The notes: generated from the sequence alone by a model not told the origin. DNA of 64,000 nucleotides from an uncultured cyanobacterium (GCA_963744145.1 CAVUSO010000001.1:2176001-2240000); one strand, 5' to 3'; positions 10,270-21,315 are shown, numbered from the stretch's first letter. Translations and numbers: made by a program.

Positions 10270-13200
10270 ATGAAATTAATCAAGGTGCTCCTAGCTGCGC
10301 TGCCCATTTCTGCGGCGATCGCTAGTTTCAAGGCGATCGCCCAACCAATTATTCCGGCTGGTGATACTCATACAGTCGTTAATCGCAACGGTAATAGTTT
10401 TAATATCAATGGCGGACAATTGTCAAGCGATCGGACTAATCTGTTTCATAATTTTACTCAATTTAGTCTTCCAACAGGACAAATCGCCAACTTTCAATCC
10501 CAACCCCAGATTCAGAATATTCTCAGTATTATTACTGGGGGAAATGTTTCCCAGATCAACGGTTTAATCAAAGTCACAGGTGGTAACTCCCACCTGTTTT
10601 TAATTAATCCCAGTGGTCTTATCTTTGGTCCCAATGCCAGTTTAAATGTCCCCGCTTCTTTCACAGCAACCACTGCCGAGCGGCTCGGATTTGGCCCGAA
10701 TTGGTTAAACACCAAGGGTAATAATAACTATTCCTTATTAAATAGCAATCCTCAAGCCTTTGCTTTCACTACATCTCAAGTCGGAAGTCTTATTAATCAA
10801 GGTAACTTAACTCTCGCACCAGGACAAAATCTCACCTTATTAGGTGGAACTGTGATCAGCACAGGGAATTTAGTTGCACCCCAAGGAGAAATTACCGTTG
10901 CGGCAATTCCTGGTTCGAGTCAAGTCAGAATTAATCAAGCCAATCATGTTTTAAGTTTAGACATTCAGCCACCTACGACCTCATCGGGAATTTCTACAGC
11001 AGCATTGTTACCTCAATTACTGACCGGTGGAAATGTGAGTAGTGCTACCAAATTAACGGTTAATCCTAATGGGACAGTACAGTTAACTGGTTCAGGATTA
11101 GCAGTCGAGAATGGAGATGTAGTCGTCCAACAAGTACAGGGAAAAACTGCAACTCTCGCAGCGAACCATAATCTCACCTTAGTAGAAAGTCAACTTCAGA
11201 CCACAGGAGACTTAAATCTGTTAGCTGGAGAGACAGTTAGAATTAGAGATAGTGTTAGTAAAGCATTCACCGCACAAGCAGGGGGAAACTTAATAATTCG
11301 CGGTAATCAAGGAATTGATATCCTTGCACTGAATCATCCTGAAATACCATTACAAAGTGGGGGAGATTTAACTTTAATTAGCAATGGAAAAATTTCGGGA
11401 GATGCACATTACCAGACAAAGGGAAATTTTTCGATTCGGAATTTGGAGGGCCAAGCTGGAGACTTTTTCAGCAAATATGATCCAGTAATTACATCAGACG
11501 GAGATGTCACCTTTGGTAACTATACAGGTGCTTCTTTAAAAGTAGTAGCGGGGGGAGACATTCAAACCGGAAATATTGTTATTAATAGTATAGATCCAAC
11601 CTTAAATCCGACTAATCCGATCGTCAGTTTACAAGCAGGAGTAGCAGGTACAACCGATAATCAGACCTTTGCTTATACTGATATAGCATCAGGTACAACT
11701 TTTAATAAAACTACTCCTCCATCATCAGGAAATCTTACAGTAGGTGGGAATATTACAACTACATTAGCATTACCACTCCAGGTAGATTTAACAGCTAATG
11801 GCAATATTAAAACGCAGGGCATTACCACGGGCGGTGGGAATATTAGCCTGAATAGTAATAATGGAATTGATACAAGTGCTGGTGCATTGGGATCTAGTGC
11901 TGCTAGTGGAAATGGTGGGAATATTAGCATTACGGCTACTAATAATATTATTACTGGTAATATCAACTCGGGTGGGACTCTGAATGGTGGAGATATTACT
12001 TTAATTAGTAGTAGTGGTACAATTGACACTAGCTTAAGCAATTTATTCAGCGGTACTAATTTTATTAGTGGTAATCATGATGGGAATATTGCGTTGACTG
12101 CTGCGGGCAATATTACTACAGGTGCTCTCAATTCCATTGGAGGGTTATTTGGTGGGAATATTAGCGTTAATAGTGGTGGGAATATTGATACTAAAGGCAG
12201 CATAATACTCAGTAGTGGAAATCTAACTGGTGGCGCGATCGCCTTAACCGCGAATGGAAATATTTCAGTTGCTAGTATCACTTCATCAGGAAACAGTAGC
12301 GGAAATATTACTCTGCATAGCGATGGTGATATTAATCCCTCCATCTTATCAGTAGGAGCGATAAGTTCTAGTGCTAGTAATGGCAGTAGTGGGGATATCA
12401 CATTAACAGCTAGTGGGAATATTACCAGCATATCAGGTAATGCTAGTTCTACCAATGGGAATGGTGGGAATATTAGCATTACAGCTAGTGGGAATATTAC
12501 CAGCATATCAGGTAATGCTAGTTCTACCAATGGGAATGGTGGGAATATTAGCATTACGGCTACTAATAATATTGTTACTGGTAACATCAGCTCGGGTGGG
12601 ACTCTGAATGGTGGAGATATTACCCTAATTAGTAGTAGTGGTACGATTGACACTAGCTTAGGCAATTTATTCAGCGGTACTAATTTTATTAGTGGTAATC
12701 AGGCTGGGAATATTGCGTTGACTGCTGCGGGCAATATTACTACAGGTGTTCTCTATGTTACTGGTGGGTCTTATGGTGGTAATATTAGCATCAATAGTGG
12801 TGGGAATATTGATACTCTAAACCAAATATCCAGTAATGGAAATGTAATGGGTGGAGCGATCACCTTAACTGCCAATGGGAATATTGCAGTTACTTACATC
12901 AATTCATGGGGCAACAGTAGCGGAAATATTACTCTGCATAGCGGTGGTGATATTAATTCCACCAACACTCTTCCAGGATCAGGAGCGATAACTTCTTATT
13001 CTATTAATGGTAGTAGTGGGGATATCACCCTAACTGCGAATGGCAATATTACCGGCATATCAGGTAATGCTAGTTCTACCAATGGGAATGGTGGGAATAT
13101 TAGCATTACTGCTAGTGGCAATATTACCGGCCTATCAGGTAATGCTAGTTCTACCAATGGGAATGGTGGGAATATTAGCATTACGGCTACTAATAATATT

Positions 13201-16200
13201 ATTACTGGTAACATCAGCTCGGGTGGGACTCTGAATAGTGGAGATATTACTCTAATTAGTAGTAGTGGTACGATTGATACTAGCTTAGGCAATTTATTAA
13301 ACGGTACTAATTTTATTAGTGGTAATCATACTGGGAATATTGCGCTGACTGCTGCGGGCAATATTACTACAGGTACTCTGGATTTACTTGGTGGGTCTTA
13401 TGGTGGTAATATTAGCATCAACAGTGGTGGTAATATTGATAATAAAAGCCAAATATCCAGTAGTGGAAATGTAATGGGTGGAGCGATCGCCTTAACTGCC
13501 AATGGGAATATTGCAGTTACTTACATCAATTCATTTGGCAACAGTAGCGGAAATATTACTCTACATAGCGGTGGTGATATTAATTCTACCAACATTTTTC
13601 CCGGACCAGGAGCGATAACTTCTTATTCTAGTCATGGTAATAGTGGGGATATCACATTAACTGCGAATGGCAATATTACCAGCATATCAGCTAATGCTAA
13701 TTCTACCAATGGGAATGGTGGGAATATTAGCATTACTGCTAGTGGCAATATTACCGGCCTATCAGGTAATGCTAGTTCTACCAATGGTAATGGTGGTAAT
13801 ATTAGCATTACTGCTACTAATAATATTATTACTGGTAACATTAACTCGTGGGGAAATAATGGTGGAGATATTACTCTAATTAGTAGTAGTGGTGCGATTG
13901 ACACTAGCTTAGGCAATTTATTCAACGGTACTAATTTTAGTGGTAATCATGCTGGGAATATTGCGCTGACTGCTACGGGCAATATTACTACAGGTTTTCT
14001 CAATTCCTCTTGGGGGGTATCTGGTGGCAATATTAGCGTTAATAGTGGTGGGAATATTGATACTAAAAGCACAATATTCAGTAGTGGAAATGCAATGGGT
14101 GGAGCAATCACCTTAACTGCAAATGGAAATATTTCAGTTGCTGGCATCGCTTCATCAGGCAACAGTAGCGGCAATATTACTCTGCATAGCGGTGGTGATA
14201 TTAATCCCTCCATTTTGTCAGTAGGATCGATAAATTCTAATTCTAGTAATGGTAATAGTGGGAATATTAGCATTACTGCTAGTGGCAATATTACCGGCCT
14301 ATCAGGTAATGCTAGTTCTACCAATGGTAATGGTGGGAATATTAGCATTACTGCTAGTGGCAATATTACCGGCCTATCAGGTAATGCTAGTTCTACCAAT
14401 GGTAATGGTGGTAATATTAGCATTACTGCTACTAATAATATTATTACTGGTAACATTAACTCGTGGGGAAATAATGGTGGAGATATTACTCTAATTAGTA
14501 GTAGTGGTGCGATTGACACTAGCTTAGGCAATTTATTCAACGGTACTAATTTTAGTGGTAATCATGCTGGGAATATTGCGCTGACTGCTACGGGCAATAT
14601 TACTACAGGTTTTCTCAATTCCTCTTGGGGGGTATCTGGTGGCAATATTAGCGTTAATAGTGGTGGGAATATTGATACTAAAAGCACAATATTCAGTAGT
14701 GGAAATGCAATGGGTGGAGCAATCGCCTTAACTGCAAATGGAAATATTTCAGTTGCTGGCATCGCTTCATCAGGCAACAGTAGCGGCAATATTACTCTGC
14801 ATAGCGGTGGTGATATTAATCCCTCCATTTTGTCAGTAGGATCGATAAATTCTAATTCTAGTAATGGTAGTAGTGGGGATATCACATTAACTGCTAGTGG
14901 CAATATTACCGGCATATCAGGTAATGCTAGTTCTACCAATGGTAATGGTGGTAATATTAGCATTACAGCTAATGGGAATATTACCGACATATCAGGTAAT
15001 ACTAGTTCTACCAATGGTAATGGTGGTAATATTAGCGTTAATAGTGGTGGTAATATTAATACTAATAACACAATATCCAGTAATGGAAATCTAACTGGTG
15101 GAGCGATCGCCTTAACTGCGAATGGAAATATTAACGTATTTAGCCTGAATTCTTCAAGTTCGAGCTATGGAGGTAATATTACTCTGTACGCCAATGGGAA
15201 TACGAGTTTAAATCAAATTAATGCTCAAAGTTTAGGAGGAGGGGTAGGAGGCAATGTTGATATTACCACTAACAAGTTTTTCCAAGCTACAGGTTTCTTC
15301 AGTGATATAAATGGGATTAATGCGAGTATTTCTACTGCGGGTGGGACTAATGGTGGGACAATTATTATCCGTCATGGAGGACAAGGAATTACACCTTTTA
15401 TCGTCGGGGATTCAGGTATAAATGGTACTACAGGTGCAATTACCAGGGGAGCTACACTTGTACAAACGATCGCACCAACATCATCCTATCTGAATACTTA
15501 TACTCAGGATTCTAATAACCTGCAAATTATTTCTATTCCAGCACCAGTTACTCCTTCTAATTCTAACTCTGGGGTTACTTCTAGCTATAATTCCTACTCT
15601 TATCCTGCTGCTAATTCTACCTCTACATCTACTAGCAATGCTGGTGCTGCGATTAATCCTAATTCTAACACTGGGTCTATTACTAATACTTCTAACTCTG
15701 GCACCGCTACTAATTCTCACTCGGCGTCTAACTCTGGTGCAATTACAAATGCTAATCTTAACATTGGCACAACTATTACCAATCCGATCTCCAGCTCAAC
15801 CACAAATAATTCACCAGTATCTAATCCTGTAAGTTCTAACTCTGGCACCGCTACAAATAACTCACCAGTATCTAATCCTGTAAGTTCCACTTTGACTAGA
15901 CAAGTTTATGAAGTGCCATTACCAACTCAGCCACATTCTCAGCAATCCACGTCAACCATAAATCCGATCGCTCAACCAGTTAATTTAGAGCCGATCCCAG
16001 GACCCACAACTCTCCCAGCGATCGCAACTAGTCTCGATTCTAGTAACTTAGATAACGCGATCAACCAAATTGAAGCAGCACGTACTAGTGAATATGACAA
16101 CTATTTATCCTCCAATCCCCACCTGAAAGATACTGCTCAAGAAATTCGCGATATCCTCAAAATAATTGCTGATCAAACTAAAACTAATCCGGTTGTTATC

Positions 16201-17247
16201 TATGTGATCGCATATAAACAACAGTTAAAATTATTATTAGTCACTCCGAAAGGACCGCCAATCCTCAAAACTGTTCCTAGCGTTAATCGTCAGTTGTTAT
16301 CTGATACATTAGGAAAATTTCGTGAGAATATTACTACTCCTAGTGAACGCCATAGTAACAGTTACTTAGCGCGAGCCAGACAACTTTATTCCTGGCTAAT
16401 TTCTCCACTCAAATCTAATCTTGATGCTCTCAAAGTCGATACTCTACTTTTTTCAATGGACCCAGGACTACGTCTGATTCCTTTAGCAGCTCTACATGAT
16501 GATAAACAATTTTTAATTGAACAATATAGTCTAGGGATAATTCCTAGCTTCAGCTTAACTGATAGTCACTATCAATCTCTCTACAATCAACAAGTTTTAG
16601 CGATGGGAGCAAATAAATTTAAAACCCAAAGTGCATTACCTGCGGTACCGACTGAACTCGCTACGATTACTCCCAGACTCTGGAAAGGTAAATCTTTTCT
16701 GAATGAAGCTTTTACTTTAGCTAATCTCAAATCTGCCCGGAACTACACATCCTTTAAAATAATTCATTTAGCAACCCATGCAGAATTTGAACCAGGAAAT
16801 TTAAGCAATTCCTATATTCAATTATGGGACACACGCTTAACAATTGATAAACTCCAGGAATTACAATGGAACCCGGAAGTAGAAATGCTGGTCTTAAGTG
16901 CTTGTCAAACCGCAGTGGGAGATAACAAACTGGAGTTAGGTTTTGCGGGATTAGCTGTGCAAGCTGGAGTGAAATCGGTTTTAGGAAGTTTATGGTATGT
17001 CAGTGATGAAGGTACATTAGGATTAATGAGTGAGTTTTATCAACAATTGAAAACAGTCAGAATTAAAGCTGAAGCCCTCCGACAAGCACAGTTAGGGATG
17101 CTCCACAAGAAAATTCGGATTATCAATGGCAAATTACATACCTCATTTGGAGATATTAGTTTACCTCCAGCCCTATCTCATCTAGAAAATGATTTATCTC
17201 ATCCTTACTATTGGTCAGCATTTACGATGATTGGTAATCCTTGGTAA
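10270..17247 (+). CDS. Filamentous haemagglutinin (TPS domain) protein with C-terminal CHAT domain, copy 2
   Basis: Same architecture as copy 1, with HLATHA and LVLSACQT retained and an expanded central repeat region. Confidence 0.9.
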   Translation: MKLIKVLLAALPISAAIASFKAIAQPIIPAGDTHTVVNRNGNSFNINGGQLSSDRTNLFHNFTQFSLPTGQIANFQSQPQIQNILSIITGGNVSQINGLIKVTGGNSHLFLINPSGLIFGPNASLNVPASFTATTAERLGFGPNWLNTKGNNNYSLLNSNPQAFAFTTSQVGSLINQGNLTLAPGQNLTLLGGTVISTGNLVAPQGEITVAAIPGSSQVRINQANHVLSLDIQPPTTSSGISTAALLPQLLTGGNVSSATKLTVNPNGTVQLTGSGLAVENGDVVVQQVQGKTATLAANHNLTLVESQLQTTGDLNLLAGETVRIRDSVSKAFTAQAGGNLIIRGNQGIDILALNHPEIPLQSGGDLTLISNGKISGDAHYQTKGNFSIRNLEGQAGDFFSKYDPVITSDGDVTFGNYTGASLKVVAGGDIQTGNIVINSIDPTLNPTNPIVSLQAGVAGTTDNQTFAYTDIASGTTFNKTTPPSSGNLTVGGNITTTLALPLQVDLTANGNIKTQGITTGGGNISLNSNNGIDTSAGALGSSAASGNGGNISITATNNIITGNINSGGTLNGGDITLISSSGTIDTSLSNLFSGTNFISGNHDGNIALTAAGNITTGALNSIGGLFGGNISVNSGGNIDTKGSIILSSGNLTGGAIALTANGNISVASITSSGNSSGNITLHSDGDINPSILSVGAISSSASNGSSGDITLTASGNITSISGNASSTNGNGGNISITASGNITSISGNASSTNGNGGNISITATNNIVTGNISSGGTLNGGDITLISSSGTIDTSLGNLFSGTNFISGNQAGNIALTAAGNITTGVLYVTGGSYGGNISINSGGNIDTLNQISSNGNVMGGAITLTANGNIAVTYINSWGNSSGNITLHSGGDINSTNTLPGSGAITSYSINGSSGDITLTANGNITGISGNASSTNGNGGNISITASGNITGLSGNASSTNGNGGNISITATNNIITGNISSGGTLNSGDITLISSSGTIDTSLGNLLNGTNFISGNHTGNIALTAAGNITTGTLDLLGGSYGGNISINSGGNIDNKSQISSSGNVMGGAIALTANGNIAVTYINSFGNSSGNITLHSGGDINSTNIFPGPGAITSYSSHGNSGDITLTANGNITSISANANSTNGNGGNISITASGNITGLSGNASSTNGNGGNISITATNNIITGNINSWGNNGGDITLISSSGAIDTSLGNLFNGTNFSGNHAGNIALTATGNITTGFLNSSWGVSGGNISVNSGGNIDTKSTIFSSGNAMGGAITLTANGNISVAGIASSGNSSGNITLHSGGDINPSILSVGSINSNSSNGNSGNISITASGNITGLSGNASSTNGNGGNISITASGNITGLSGNASSTNGNGGNISITATNNIITGNINSWGNNGGDITLISSSGAIDTSLGNLFNGTNFSGNHAGNIALTATGNITTGFLNSSWGVSGGNISVNSGGNIDTKSTIFSSGNAMGGAIALTANGNISVAGIASSGNSSGNITLHSGGDINPSILSVGSINSNSSNGSSGDITLTASGNITGISGNASSTNGNGGNISITANGNITDISGNTSSTNGNGGNISVNSGGNINTNNTISSNGNLTGGAIALTANGNINVFSLNSSSSSYGGNITLYANGNTSLNQINAQSLGGGVGGNVDITTNKFFQATGFFSDINGINASISTAGGTNGGTIIIRHGGQGITPFIVGDSGINGTTGAITRGATLVQTIAPTSSYLNTYTQDSNNLQIISIPAPVTPSNSNSGVTSSYNSYSYPAANSTSTSTSNAGAAINPNSNTGSITNTSNSGTATNSHSASNSGAITNANLNIGTTITNPISSSTTNNSPVSNPVSSNSGTATNNSPVSNPVSSTLTRQVYEVPLPTQPHSQQSTSTINPIAQPVNLEPIPGPTTLPAIATSLDSSNLDNAINQIEAARTSEYDNYLSSNPHLKDTAQEIRDILKIIADQTKTNPVVIYVIAYKQQLKLLLVTPKGPPILKTVPSVNRQLLSDTLGKFRENITTPSERHSNSYLARARQLYSWLISPLKSNLDALKVDTLLFSMDPGLRLIPLAALHDDKQFLIEQYSLGIIPSFSLTDSHYQSLYNQQVLAMGANKFKTQSALPAVPTELATITPRLWKGKSFLNEAFTLANLKSARNYTSFKIIHLATHAEFEPGNLSNSYIQLWDTRLTIDKLQELQWNPEVEMLVLSACQTAVGDNKLELGFAGLAVQAGVKSVLGSLWYVSDEGTLGLMSEFYQQLKTVRIKAEALRQAQLGMLHKKIRIINGKLHTSFGDISLPPALSHLENDLSHPYYWSAFTMIGNPW
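11905..15050 (+). repeat. About five tandem 615-627-bp units with nested 75-bp sub-repeats inside haemagglutinin-CHAT copy 2
   Basis: Shadow ORFs recur at 12413/13040/13667 (627-bp period) and 13947/14562 (615-bp period); gggaatattaccagc at 12415 and 12490 (75 bp). Confidence 0.85.
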
Positions 17248-17252
17248 ATAGT

Positions 17253-19391
17253 TTACAACGGTTTTTTTACTGGTTGTGGGATTCGCTTTTGCCAATTGCC
17301 GATCGCTTCAGTTGCTTGGGAAAACACAGGAGTGTGATGAGGAATAAAACCAGCAATGCGAATAGCTTGATCTAATTTACCTTGTTTGGCTTGTTGATGA
17401 GCTATTTCTAGCAGATTTTGACTAGCCTCATTAATTAATTGTTGGGCTTGGTAATATTTTGGTTGATTAATTTTAATCTCATTGGCTTTAGCGATCGCGC
17501 GATTTAAAGTTTCTGGCTCTCGGGATTTCATTAAATTCGTAGCAGCCACAATTATTTTTTGATTAACTTTCTGCTGTTGAGCAAGATTTTTCCACAGAGT
17601 GATTTTCTGCTGTGCTAAATTATAAGTCAATGGATCTACATCTGGAACTAATTTAGCTGCGGCAATTGCTGTGGTAAAATTTCCCTGTTTTGCTCTTCCT
17701 TCAGCCACATCCATAATCAGATAACTCCAACGCTGAATATTTTGTTGTGCTTGCTGATAAAAAGGTTGTCCTTTTTTAATTTTCCTAGCTTGGGCAATTG
17801 CCTTATTATATTGGGATACCTGAGTTGGTGTGATTAAAATTTTCGCCTTTTCTAAGATAATTTTATTCTCGTTTTGTAGATAGGGATCAGGAATTATAGC
17901 ATCTCCATCCAGAGATATTTTTTCTGCTCCTACTTGAGTAAGCGAATTGAGCGATTGAGGTGAAGAAAAACGATGATTTGGAGATATATTTGTAATACTT
18001 CCTGAGTTTAATAATACAGTTTTTCTACCCAAAATTCGCGGATCACCATGCTCAAATAAACCCGCAATACAGCCAATCATTAAAGTAGCTAAAGTGCCAA
18101 CAAATAAAGCTTTCCAACCTAATTGGGTAATATCTTTGCGTCGGGAAGGAACTAACGCGATCGTTCCTCCGACAAATATCCCCACTGAAGCAATATGAGC
18201 AAAACCAGAAAGAACATAGCTAACAATTAACAAGGTGCGATCGCTAATTAACCCATTCCGAGTCGCTTCTGCTAAACTTTGATAAGCGGGAATCTCCGTT
18301 TCTAAAAATCTGCGTCCAATTAAGACAGAAGCTGTCCAGGAATCTTCAAAAGGTACACCTGTCAATAAAGTTAAAGGATAAAATAATGCTCCTTGAATAT
18401 TTTCTAAAGTAATAAAGCTAAAAATCGTGCCGATATTTTGCAAAAACAGGATATCCGCACTTTTTAAACTAGCTAAACCAGTAAATGTTTGATCTAATAA
18501 AGATTTTAAGCCTAAAATTAAAATTAACACCGCCGCGATCGCTACTGCCATTTTCACTCCTTCTAACGCTCCCAGAATAGCAGCATCTAAAGGACTAACT
18601 CGCTCAATTAAGCTACCACCAATAATTTCTTGAGGCTCTAATTCTGGTTGATAATCTTTAGTGGGAATCCCATTAGCAGTAAGTGGTATTTCTGTTTCGG
18701 GAATTAAAATTTTTGAGATCACGAAACAAGCAGGAATAGCAATAATTGATGCGGAAACTAAATGTCCTAGAATATTAGGAAAATATGGTTTGAGAAAGCT
18801 CACATAAATAGCTAAAGTAGAAGAAGCAGCAGTGCCAAAACAACAAGATAGCATAGCACATAGTTCGCTCCGGGTCATTTTAGCTAAGTAAGGTTTAACG
18901 ACGATCGCTGATTCAATTCCTAGAAAAATATTAGCGGCACCACTTAAAGATTCAGCTCCGCTCAACCGCATGGTATTATAAAATATTTTCGCAAAAAAAT
19001 TAACAATGATTTGCAGAATACCCAGATTTTCGAGTAATGCCATCAAACCTGAAAAAAAGACTACAGTAGGTAAAGCTCGAAAAGCAAAAATATAACCAAG
19101 GTTAAGATCAGGAGGTTGGTTAGCTAAAGGGACAATATTTTTACCAAATACAAAACTAGCACCAAAATCTGCGGCAAGAAAGACCGCATCTAGTAAACTA
19201 CTCATCCATTCTAGGAGGAGCCGAGTGGGAGGGAACTGAAAAACTAAAAAACCCAAGATGAGCTGTAACCCGATCCCCCAGATCACGACCCGAACCGGAA
19301 AAATTTGGCGATTTTCCGAACAGCTCCAAGCGATCGCACATAAGCCAAAGATCCCCAACAAGGAAATAAAGTTATACATTAAAGAAGGCAT
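17253..19391 (-). CDS. NupC/CNT family nucleoside:cation symporter with a ~250-aa soluble C-terminal extension
   Basis: FAFRALPTVVFFS, AANIFLG and GFAHIASVGI CNT-type motifs; helical Q/A/K-rich repeats after about residue 460. Confidence 0.85.
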   Translation of the reverse strand: MPSLMYNFISLLGIFGLCAIAWSCSENRQIFPVRVVIWGIGLQLILGFLVFQFPPTRLLLEWMSSLLDAVFLAADFGASFVFGKNIVPLANQPPDLNLGYIFAFRALPTVVFFSGLMALLENLGILQIIVNFFAKIFYNTMRLSGAESLSGAANIFLGIESAIVVKPYLAKMTRSELCAMLSCCFGTAASSTLAIYVSFLKPYFPNILGHLVSASIIAIPACFVISKILIPETEIPLTANGIPTKDYQPELEPQEIIGGSLIERVSPLDAAILGALEGVKMAVAIAAVLILILGLKSLLDQTFTGLASLKSADILFLQNIGTIFSFITLENIQGALFYPLTLLTGVPFEDSWTASVLIGRRFLETEIPAYQSLAEATRNGLISDRTLLIVSYVLSGFAHIASVGIFVGGTIALVPSRRKDITQLGWKALFVGTLATLMIGCIAGLFEHGDPRILGRKTVLLNSGSITNISPNHRFSSPQSLNSLTQVGAEKISLDGDAIIPDPYLQNENKIILEKAKILITPTQVSQYNKAIAQARKIKKGQPFYQQAQQNIQRWSYLIMDVAEGRAKQGNFTTAIAAAKLVPDVDPLTYNLAQQKITLWKNLAQQQKVNQKIIVAATNLMKSREPETLNRAIAKANEIKINQPKYYQAQQLINEASQNLLEIAHQQAKQGKLDQAIRIAGFIPHHTPVFSQATEAIGNWQKRIPQPVKKPL

Positions 19392-19653
19392 AAGCTCACG
19401 TCTGAATCTAGTTAACTAAAGCTAAAAGGAATGGATTGAGGTAAACCCTGATTGTTTCTGACTAAATTTTGGTGTGGTGGTCGGATGGGCGAATTTCCCT
19501 CACAGAATACCTGAAAAAGAAACCTGGGGAAACTACTGAAAGTCTAATTATCAAGACAAAATCGAGATCAGGATTTATGCCAAGTATCCCTTTACCTGCA
19601 AGTGGACGTGATAATTTCTAATGGTAAACCCTTGTCCTCAATCATTTTAACGC

Positions 19654-19920
19654 ATGGAAGCTTTTGAACCAATTCCTCCGGAATGGACACTTAAAGCAAT
19701 TCACGCTCGTGGATTTTGTTGTCCTAGTTGTCGAGCTACCGCAATGGAATCTGCCCGAGCTTGGATTAATCGTCGTGCTCCTGTATATACTGAAGAACAT
19801 CGTCGGAAATGGCAAGAATTTTATGAATGTACTTGTGGTTCAGTCTGGTGGGGATGGAGTAGTGAGCGTCCTCCCTCGGAACTAACGACAGAGGATCGCG
19901 TCCAAAATGAAGATTTTTGA
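19654..19920 (+). CDS. Hypothetical protein, Zn-ribbon-like
   Basis: CPSC ... ECTCG cysteine pairs. Confidence 0.7.
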   Translation: MEAFEPIPPEWTLKAIHARGFCCPSCRATAMESARAWINRRAPVYTEEHRRKWQEFYECTCGSVWWGWSSERPPSELTTEDRVQNEDF

Positions 19921-19965
19921 ACTCAAAGTCCCTGATTTTCCCTTGTCCCTGAGCTGAAAGACAAA

Positions 19966-21048
19966 GTGTATTCAACCCTTGAACAAAAATATCAGCGGAT
20001 TCACCGCGAACTGATTACTGGTGTTCTTGTCCTAGCTGGTGTAGTTTTGCTAGGGACATTATGGTACTGTTTGGTTGAGGGATGGCATTGGACTGATGCT
20101 CTCTATATGACCATTAGTACCCTAGCTACAGTGGGGTTTGGTGAGATTCATCCTCTGAACTCAAGAGGACGTTTATTTACCATTGCCCTGATTATGATGG
20201 GACTGTTGACGATTGGTTATATTGTTAATAGATTTACGGAAGCCTTAATTGCAGGCTATTTTCAAGAAGGAATCCGACTGAGGCAACAGCGTCACTTGAT
20301 TGATACTTTATCGGGACATTATATTATCTGCGGATTCGGTCGCACTGGTCGTCAAATTGCTTTGGAATTTCAAGCAGAAGCGATCCCTTTTGTAGTGGTT
20401 GATTCGGATCAAGCATCTCTGGAACTAGCTGGCAAAATGGGCTATTTTTCCGTCCAAGGTGATGCTACTTTGGATGAAACTTTGATCAAGGTGAAAATCG
20501 AAAAAGCACTCTGTTTGGTTGCCGCACTTCCCTCTGATGCAGAAAACCTTTATACAGTTCTCTCCGCTAAATCTTTAAATCCTCAAGTCCGGGCGATCGC
20601 TCGTGCTAGTAATGAAGAAGCTGTCCAAAAATTACAACGGGGTGGTGCAGATGCGGTGGTTTCTCCCTATATTACTGGTGGGAAACGGATGGCTGCTGCT
20701 GCTCTGCGACCCCAGGTAATGGATTTTGTAGATGGGATTTTGACTGGAGCCGATCGCTCTTTCTATATGGAAGAGTTTCTGGTGCAACCCGATCTCTGTC
20801 CTTATGTTGGTCAAACTCTAAGAGATGCGAAATTGCGATCGCAATCCGGTGCTTTAGTTTTAGCTGTGCGTCGTGCTGATGGCACTTTGATTGGTGGACC
20901 CACTGCGAATACCCCAATTATGGCTGGAGATTTATTAATTTGTATGGGTACTGCGGAACAGTTACGTCTCCTCAACCAAATTCTTGGTCCAATCGATCGC
21001 AAAAATCCCCGTCTACCCAAACAAATTAAATCTGATCAGCTTCCTTAA
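19966..21048 (+). CDS. Potassium channel with TrkA-N/TrkA-C (RCK) domains
   Basis: TVGFGE selectivity filter, CGFGRTG Rossmann motif, GDAT. Confidence 0.92.
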   Translation: MYSTLEQKYQRIHRELITGVLVLAGVVLLGTLWYCLVEGWHWTDALYMTISTLATVGFGEIHPLNSRGRLFTIALIMMGLLTIGYIVNRFTEALIAGYFQEGIRLRQQRHLIDTLSGHYIICGFGRTGRQIALEFQAEAIPFVVVDSDQASLELAGKMGYFSVQGDATLDETLIKVKIEKALCLVAALPSDAENLYTVLSAKSLNPQVRAIARASNEEAVQKLQRGGADAVVSPYITGGKRMAAAALRPQVMDFVDGILTGADRSFYMEEFLVQPDLCPYVGQTLRDAKLRSQSGALVLAVRRADGTLIGGPTANTPIMAGDLLICMGTAEQLRLLNQILGPIDRKNPRLPKQIKSDQLP

Positions 21049-21049
21049 C

Positions 21050-21259
21050 TCAATCTAATTTTAAGGCGCTAGCAGGAACTTCATCCCATGAGCCAACTTC
21101 TCGTAATCGCGCAGTCCAACCTTGGACTTTTTGCTGGGTAGTTAAGTTTTGCTCGAAGGATTGATGGCACGCTTCGGCCCGTTCTTGGTCTGTACAAGCG
21201 ATACAAGCATAAATTAGACCAGAAGGATCTATTTGCTCATTTACCCAAATAGTTGTCAT
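21050..21259 (-). CDS. Small conserved cyanobacterial hypothetical protein
   Basis: MTTIWVNEQIDPSGLIYACIAC...; fills the gap between neighbouring genes exactly. Confidence 0.7.
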   Translation of the reverse strand: MTTIWVNEQIDPSGLIYACIACTDQERAEACHQSFEQNLTTQQKVQGWTARLREVGSWDEVPASALKLD

Positions 21260-21315
21260 GGAAATTTATCCCCACTCGCAATCTGTTCGATTTTAAACTA
21301 ATACCAGGATGATGA

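Noticed and set aside
11673..15094. Many hydrophobic 60-200-aa ORFs, antisense or out of frame
   Set aside because: Shadows of the G/N/I/T/S repeat codons of the haemagglutinin gene.
4285..17247. Diversity-generating retroelement (TR/VR pair)
   Set aside because: No reverse transcriptase in the window, and the differences between repeats are not adenine-specific.
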